DNA of 20,000 bases from Catajapyx aquilonaris (lineage: Eukaryota), in assembly GCA_000934665.2 (NCBI GenBank), contig KZ538519.1, forward strand, positions 44,725 to 64,724, written 5' to 3'. A model generated the notes under the pieces. The model was not told the DNA's origin. It ran no database searches and was given only the letters and a program-made list of their open reading frames with translations. Shown here piece after piece: positions 12,713-20,000 of the stretch (the stretch's first letter is position 1; each line of letters starts with the position of its first letter). The translations under genes and the position numbers were made by a program.

Positions 12713-12787
12713 TCCTCCTCTTCAATTTCAAGATAGTCGTTTTCACATGATCAAAATAATACTAAATTAACATTATGGCAATGCAGA

Positions 12788-12853
12788 TTAAACCACAAGC
12801 CTGTATGAGATGTATCTTCCAGCAGTTTCTGATGGCCGGATAATCTTCACCAC
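12788..12853 (-). CDS. POLR2E: RPB5 coding exon 6 (terminal)
   Basis: Acceptor CTTTCTTTCCAG|, then VVKIIRPSETAGRYISYRLVV-TAA. Exons sum to 57+151+140+140+79+66 = 633 nt = 210 aa plus stop. Confidence 0.97.
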   Translation of the reverse strand: MVKIIRPSETAGRYISYRLVV

Positions 12854-13452
12854 CTGGAAAGAAAGAGTTCAACATTATTCAAGTCCAATTAGTCAACTAG
12901 GAATGCAGTGTGCGACATTTCAAGCAACTTTGGAGCACTGATTCCACTTTTTTTGCTCTATATGTTAGGAAGAATTCCCAACATGACTTGACTGTCTTTG
13001 CTTCTGACAGAATATGACGACAGAATGCAAGGTCAAAGTGGCTATAACTCCACGTGAACATAAATGTCACATACTTCCTATTGACATATGACAACGTAAC
13101 ACATGGCTCCAGCCACTCCAGTGTTTAAGACACAAAGGAACACACGTAATGATATCAGAAATACGCAGTCATAAGTAGCAACGTGTTTTTGACTGTGCTT
13201 TAAACTTCTATCATGTCTGGAGCCTCACACAAATGAACACTGGTGCTGTATTAGTGACTACCCACTCTGGCTTAGATCTCACACTTAAAAGGCACCCCAT
13301 GCGAGACGAATATTTATCTCGCTGTTTACCTGACCCCGCCTCAACCCAAAGTAGCGACAGACTGGATCACCTTGCTGAATTCGGGGCAACTGGTGCTCTT
13401 TCAGACGGCTATGCGAGTCAAGGATATTGAGAGTAGCCGTAATAAGGGTTCA

Positions 13453-13756
<304 letters not shown>

Positions 13757-13919
13757 CTAAAAAGACAAATTAATTCATTTAATTCAATCACAGAAGCACT
13801 CAAGTTTCCATATGCTGAAATGTGTCTTTCATGTAATTAGCATTTCGACAATTAAATAAGTATTTTCCTATGTGATCTAAAAAATCACATCGTTTGGAAT
13901 AATGGTTGTGCCATTCTCC

Positions 13920-14575
13920 ACATGAGCAGCTGCAAGGTCAGAGGCATAATATAATGCACAGGTGGGGTGGATGCATGGGAAAAACTAGAACTTCCTTATT
14001 ATGCTCAAATGAAATATTACCTTCTAACAGGCATGCTCACTAATAATGTGGGAACATAATGAGCAACAAAAAGCTGCTTACCTAAATGTGCAAAGATGCA
14101 AAAAATAACTTTTTATACATCTACTGTATATTTGAATGCAAGAAGCATGATGATCCACCCATTTCTTCCGCCAAGGCCCAAATGCATTTTCCTACTCAGC
14201 ATGAAGTGCAATTAGGAGACTGCTGCAGTAATTATTTCGCGCACAAACATATATCGAATGTGTTTTCCAATGTGGTTCGGGGGTCATCCATAACATACGT
14301 CATGCACTTACAATGCATAATAATCTGACATAATCGGATGCAACTAGCTCGAAGTCTTAAAAACCAATTCACATACGAGCAGCTGCAAGGCCAGAAACAC
14401 AAGTATGGTGGATGCATGGGAAAATGCATCACTTCCTTACGCTCAAATGAAATATTACCTTTCAACAGGCATGCTTGCTAATCATGGAACATAATGAGTA
14501 TTAAAAAACTGGTTACATAAATGTCCATAGTTGAAAGGAGAAAAATTATTAAATTGAAATGCATGCAAGCATGAC
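13920..14575. repeat. Diverged direct duplication (~230-bp units, ~440-450 bp apart)
   Basis: GAGCAGCTGCAAGG at 13924 and 14377, GGTGGATGCATGGGAAAA in both copies, GCTCAAATGAAATATTACCTT at 14003 and 14441, and GGAACATAATGAG in both copies. Confidence 0.85.
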
Positions 14576-15477
14576 TTAATATCTATTCTTCTATCAAAGT
14601 CATGGATTTTTAATTGTAATCCTCCTTTAAAAGTTCGGTATTCATTAAACCAAGTGGCTGATCTATTTGGTTGACACTTCCCTGTGGAGTGGAATGAACA
14701 TATGATTTTATCCGCAGTTTAATACTCTTTTTTTGCATTCTGAACTTGGGAATTCTTTGCAATAGTGTCATGAAACAACAGTCAGATGTTAACACTAGCT
14801 GAACTGCGATTTTTTTTTCTCATTTTGGAGGGTCAGTTAAAAAAAAAAAAGACTAAAAACTGCTGACTTCTTATTACTGATGTGTAATGGATCCAATTAT
14901 TCTCAAAGTCTGCTGTTGGGATTAATCTGCATGACTACGGCAGTTTGGATCTCAGAAGAAAGAAAACCCATTAGGTCGGCATTAAATTGAATACCTCAAC
15001 CAAAGCTACATTAAAAAGAGAACTTTCAAATTTGTTAAAAATTTCCTTCTTTTCGTTGTGCAACATCTCTCAGAAAGTAAAGGTGTTCTGTAACCACAAG
15101 GATTGGTTAGAATCATTCGTAAATGGAAGGAAGTGTACCCCACCACGACATAATTTTGGCTCGTGCTTGCAGTGTAAAGCACTCAACACACAAGAAATGC
15201 AATTGACACAGTTTCAGTCAGTAGAACATGAAACTGTGTGGAGTGAATAATGCAACTGAAGCCACACATTTTCTCTCAAAAAAAGTTGTCTTAATATTTC
15301 TTTTAGACCTATTGCAACCATTACGTTTCTTTGCGTTCTGCAAACGTTTCCATGCTGACATATTCAATCATCAAAAGATGGATTGCGGTTTGGTAAGAAA
15401 ATCGCTTCATCTGATTAACCCCTTGAGCCCCAGCCACCTAGAATCTAGGCTATGAGAACTCGACCGCGCAGTACTAG

Positions 15478-16434
15478 ATATACCCGCCATAGCCTAGTTT
15501 TCCGCTTACGCATGCGCTGAAGATACGAACGAGATATTTTACAAACAATAACAGCTATACTGGAAAACCGTATGAATGTGTTGGACACAATTTTACTAGA
15601 AGTCCCTAAATTAATTTCCAAAAATACCGCTGTAAAAACTCGAAATTAAAGTACTGCTGGCCAACTATTAGGCTGATTTAATTATGAAATACGTTAAAAT
15701 ATATGGAATAACAATTTTGAGAAGGGTGCCAAATTAATTAATCGCCGTACTTTTCGAGAAATAGGTAAATTTGGGAGTAATCTGAAGTGACAGTCAAGTC
15801 GCAGAAAAGTATTAATTTATTTCCCGGAAAGTACAACGATGTCAACAGTCTTCTGGCATGGTTCTCAAGATTGTTATTTCGTATATTTTAACGTATTTCA
15901 TAATTAAATCACCCTAGCAGTTGGCCGGTAGTACTCGGATTTTCATATTTTACAGCAATCTATTTGGAAATTAATTTACGGCTACCCAAGGAAAATTGTT
16001 TGCAATGTACAGTAGGGACGAGATAACTCATGTGTTTTGGGAGGTGGCTTGTGTCCTTGGCAACCAAATAATTAACCCCGCCCCCTACCAGTAGACCAAT
16101 CAGGATTCAATTTCAAAGGAGATGGGCGTTATGTTCTAAAACTTAAAGAATGAGATGAATTTGTTTACACTAACAGAGGGGAAATATTTCCCCACCAATC
16201 ATTCTAAATTCCATACAAAAAAACTTAGCAGGGGGCGGGGCTAATTATGGTTGCCAAGGACACAAGCCACCTCCCAAAACGCATGAGTTATCTTGACCCT
16301 ACTGTACACACGTTGTGTTTTGCATGAATGGGTAAGTTTAGCTGTTACTATTTGTAAAATATCTTGCCCTTGCCTTCAGAGTACTTGTAAGCTGAACAGG
16401 AGAGAAAATCTAGGTGGAAATATAGCGGGTATAT
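15478..16434. mobile_element. Older degenerate foldback / long inverted-repeat element interrupted by the MITE
   Basis: 30-bp perfect inverted match 15674-15703 / 15882-15911 within ~125-bp arms (15604-15730 / 15856-15981). Matching resumes beyond the MITE (15531-15560 vs ~16335-16365; ATATACCCGC 15478-15487 vs GCGGGTATAT 16425-16434). Confidence 0.75.
16010..16304. mobile_element. Tc1/mariner-superfamily MITE (~295 bp, non-autonomous)
   Basis: ~77-bp terminal inverted repeats: CAGTAGGGACGAGATAACTCATGTGTTTTGGGAGGTGGCTTGTGTCCTTGGCAACC... and ...GGTTGCCAAGGACACAAGCCACCTCCCAAAACGCATGAGTTATCTTGACCCTACTG. Flanked by TA at 16008-16009 and 16305-16306. No ORF. Confidence 0.88.
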
Positions 16435-16479
16435 TGTGCAGCGATCTTGTATTTCTCTGGAAAAATATGCTGAATGAAC

Positions 16480-16619
16480 CTGTTTGGCAGATGGAGTCAT
16501 CCCCTGCTGCACAACGATGCAGGCCCGATGTATGTTCTCCTCCTGCATCCTCTGACAGTACGTCTTGATGGTTTTGATCCCGATCTTAGGCTCATCGGGA
16601 AAGAACACAAACATCTGGT
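16480..16619 (-). CDS. POLR2E: RPB5 coding exon 3
   Basis: Acceptor CATTCCAG|, then (D)[46 protein letters not shown], then donor CAG|GTTCAT. 140 nt, phase consistent. Confidence 0.97.
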
Positions 16620-16680
16620 CTGGAATGCAGAAAAATTACTTGACGTTCCCAACAAATTCAGCTGCGACGTATAAAAATAC

Positions 16681-16831
16681 CGGTGGGATCATCATTGTGG
16701 GCAACCAAGACAATAAGGTCTCCCCTGGCAGGCTTCCTCTCTCCAGGCTTGTCCCCGAACTGCTCCTTGAACTGATCCAAGGTCTGGTCCAACTCATCCT
16801 GGGTCACCAGATAGCCACGGTCGTGACATAG
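16681..16831 (-). CDS. POLR2E: RPB5 coding exon 2
   Basis: Acceptor TTTTTTTTCAG|, then [50 protein letters not shown] plus 1 nt, then donor G|GTATTT. 151 nt. Confidence 0.97.
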
Positions 16832-16919
16832 CTGAAAAAAAAGTATTGGCAACACGGTTATAACCACCAGCTAATTTTCCTGTTCCTTCCACACCCTCCA
16901 AAAATGCTGTAAAACTTGC
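16832..16919 (-). other. GC-AG intron, POLR2E intron 1 (88 nt)
   Basis: Protein continuity (VMQ|LCH) requires the donor CAG|GCAAGT, which is otherwise a perfect consensus. Confidence 0.88.
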
Positions 16920-16976
16920 CTGCATCACAGTTTTTCTAACGCGCCACAACTTGTACGTCTCCGCTTCGTCGTCCAT
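16920..16976 (-). CDS. POLR2E: RNA polymerase I/II/III shared subunit RPABC1 (RPB5), coding exon 1
   Basis: Translates MDDEAETYKLWRVRKTVMQ, the typical metazoan RPB5 N-terminus. Followed by donor CAG|GCAAGT. Confidence 0.97.
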
Positions 16977-17310
16977 CTTGGATCACACGCTGTGAATCAA
17001 GCTGAACGGCTTCTCTCCGGGGAGGAGTCGTGAAACAGTGCTGCCAACTGCGACAATGTGCCCAACAGAAATCTCCTTCCCGGAAGAGATTACCACGTGT
17101 GACGTCACAGGCGCTGTTGCCAATCATAACCAGTCGCACTTTCCACTACCAGACGGGGGAATGTGGCAACGCAGCCTCCATTATCTCTCCCGTGCACCGT
17201 GCGTGACGCCGCAGGGAAATTATCACATGATCGTATGTCAAGAGTCTCATTACATTGAAGTGTACAGAGAGTGTACGTAGCGGTCAGCTGGTCTAGTCTG
17301 TGCGTCAGTC
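16977..17310. promoter_or_regulatory. POLR2E 5' UTR and promoter, probably bidirectional
   Basis: CpG-rich. TTCCCGGAA/CCGGAAG (17077-17086), E-box CACGTG (17094), CRE TGACGTCA (17100-17107), CCAAT (17120), plus-strand Inr-like TCAGTC (17305). Confidence 0.6.
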
Positions 17311-20000
17311 GGTCGGGAGGAAATTAACGGGTCATCTCACGCGAGAATTGGTAGCCTACCTGCGGGTAAGTTCCAGCTTTCTTTTATATTCTGCGCATTT
17401 GGCGTTGCAGGCTGCACACAGTTTGTATCCAGTTGCATTGGCACAGCTTTTTTGGCAAGTATGGCCCAACCAATTTAGACAACAAGTGGCGTCTGGTACA
17501 CACTGGTAGGTCAAGTAGGACATGGGTCAAATGTAATCTGGTCCAGGACCACCAGTCAGCAATTTGGAGATATGTTAAGCATGGGTTGCCAGGGAAAAAG
17601 GACCCACTTACAGTTAGTGACCTTGAGGATTGCTGCTATGACCTTGGAAAAAAAAGTGTACATAATGTTGCCAATAGGTGTTAGAAGGGACATAAGTGAA
17701 ATGGAGGAGCAGTAAGGTGAAATATTCTAGAAAGGTCATGCATGATGGCGCATTATTAGGAAGATTAAATTTCCATGAGTATTATTAAAAACATGCAAAG
17801 TACTGAGTTTTCCCAACAGCAAAACCTGGCTGCGTAATTGAAAATGTTAGCTCCGACAGAGAGATATCATATCACTAAAAAGTACTGAGACCACAAGCAC
17901 TGAAAAAAAATATATATATTTTTGACGTTTTCACCATGTCAGACCTAATGATCAGTTTTCTGGGGTGACACATTGATCCTTTCACATGACATCAGATCCA
18001 GCTATAACCCTGGGTTGTTAAGGACGCTTGTACTATGTGACCCCCTCTCTGTCGTAGGGGACATATTCATTACATGTGCTCATTTCCACATCATATGAGT
18101 GTGATAGGATGTCGTTGTTCTCGTTAATTATTTGATACCAGTAGCTAGATATATCCAACTAGTGAGCAAGTACATTTAACATGACAGCCTTTTGGTATGA
18201 CCTACTAATATCATTGTGGTTTTGTGGCTTTGATTGTAGCCAGAGCTTGGCTTCATTTGGGTATCCAGGGCAGGGATCCTCAAAGGCTAGAAACTTACGT
18301 TAACTAGGGCAATTTCTTCCTCCACGCTTGGGATAAGCCTCATTCTCATATACAAGTCATAGAATATGGTTTTTAAAATGACTTTACTGGTTTGTTTTTT
18401 TAGTGATCAAATAAGTATAATGTAAATAAGCACTTTTTCATCACTAATACAATAATAATAATAAATTTGACACTGCATTCTTTATAGACTTTTTTTTTCA
18501 ATTAGGAGACTAAAAGAAGTAAGATTTTATTAATAGTTTCCAAGCAAAAGCTTATGTGCATAGCAAGAGAATAAGAGATAATGGTTAATCTTATCATGCA
18601 GATTAATAGTGACACACAAGTAAAATAAAGATAGTAAAATGTCTAATTTCCATGCTGGAAGCAGTAGTGGTCAACAGTGTCTTGTTCCAGTTCTACTGTA
18701 AGTAGCTCACATTGTGCAGTGGTACAATAGTTCCCTGCTGAGTCACAGCAATGTGGCAGGCCCATAAAATATTTACATGTGACTATTTGTGGAAGGCCAT
18801 TTTTCATGATGAAACATAATGAATCAGATACTGCCTGGTGCACACACATCTGAAGTAGCCTATTATTGGGAGTCATTATTTGAAACTTTTATGGTACATT
18901 TTCACTTGACACTATCGCAGTACCGTATCACCATTGTAACATGTAATTTCCTGTTGGCTTTGTTGTGGCCCTGAATTTAGGTAGGCCTGGAAGTAATCTC
19001 CTTTATGAGTAAAACTCTCCTTTTATGGGCATTTACTAGAGGGTGAGTTGCAGCTGCAGGCAAGGTTAATTCTAAAACTGTTGGTCAACATTGACAGCCC
19101 CTTGCTATTTGTGGAAGTAGTGTCACACATTGACATTGTTTGTCATGCATTGTTGCAACTAATTAATCAGAACCACTGTCATTGCACTGATAACATTATC
19201 TCAGCTCACCTATCTCTGAAGGTCAGCCTCGGACATTTCCTGACTTAAACTGACACCTAGGTTATCAGTCATGATGTATTACGCATGGTTTGAAATTGGT
19301 TGGGCAAACTTGCAATTTAGTAAGACATATGAAGTCTGTGTGCCTTTGCACAATGAATGTTTGGCGTTTATTTTTAAGCAACTGATGGTTTTTAATGTGT
19401 GTTTTCTTTCAGTGGTGTCATAACACCAAAAAAAAGAGAGAAAAGAAAAGGTTGGCTCCTCCCGCTTTTGGGGTATCCCCATGATACTTTTAGGCCGCCT
19501 GGTGGCCACAGGTGGCCTCCTTATTTCGCTCAGGGCCAGATTTTCAGTCTCGGTGAGCAACTATTTTATTGAAGCTTGAACTTGTTAGCTTGTGATGCCG
19601 GCCAATTAATGAGCATGGTTAAGGGTTCATAATAATACTGCTTTGATTAACAAATTTGCAGTGTGTTGCAGGAAATGAAAGTTTGTTTTGTCTTATTTAC
19701 TGTGGGGTCTGTCCTAATGTACATGTTACATATTTTTTCTTCGAAAGGCAGCCTATGCTATGATGGGCAGTTAGTGTTTTTGCACAATGCCTAGATATTT
19801 CGACACAATTCACGGTGTATTGTCGTTATTGCAGTTATAATTATTATTTTCAACCTCCGTTGTGAATTTTAGCATGAAAAGTAATATTACTACCTGCAAG
19901 CATCTTACTTAGTTTTAATAACCGCGGTGGTGGCTGTGCATGGAATATCTTAACAACAAGAAGAAAACTCATGGAGGTTTATGGGAATGTTTGCCTGTCA

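Noticed and set aside
18643..19248. Short ORFs right of POLR2E
   Set aside because: No recognisable homology or coherent splice-site pairs.

Overview
Eukaryotic (invertebrate, probably arthropod) genomic DNA; not prokaryotic. Two minus-strand protein-coding genes can be supported. (1) A complete six-exon POLR2E/RPB5 gene (16976->12788; 633 nt, 210 aa). Its intron 1 is a non-canonical GC-AG intron, and its intron 4 is a 70-nt U12-type (minor spliceosome) GT-AG intron. (2) The first coding exon of a ZSWIM4/5/6-family gene (9511->9052), whose first intron runs more than 9 kb off the left end of the window. POLR2E intron 3 holds a TA-flanked Tc1/mariner-type MITE nested in an older ~950-bp degenerate inverted-repeat element, plus a ~230-bp diverged direct duplication. 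A probable bidirectional promoter and a divergent non-coding first exon lie upstream of POLR2E. ZSWIM intron 1 carries an RFX half-site cluster and a CRE/CGTCAC cluster. Most ORFs in the supplied track are spurious. I found no clearly novel multi-gene system; the most notable signals are the splicing architecture of POLR2E and the nested foldback elements.
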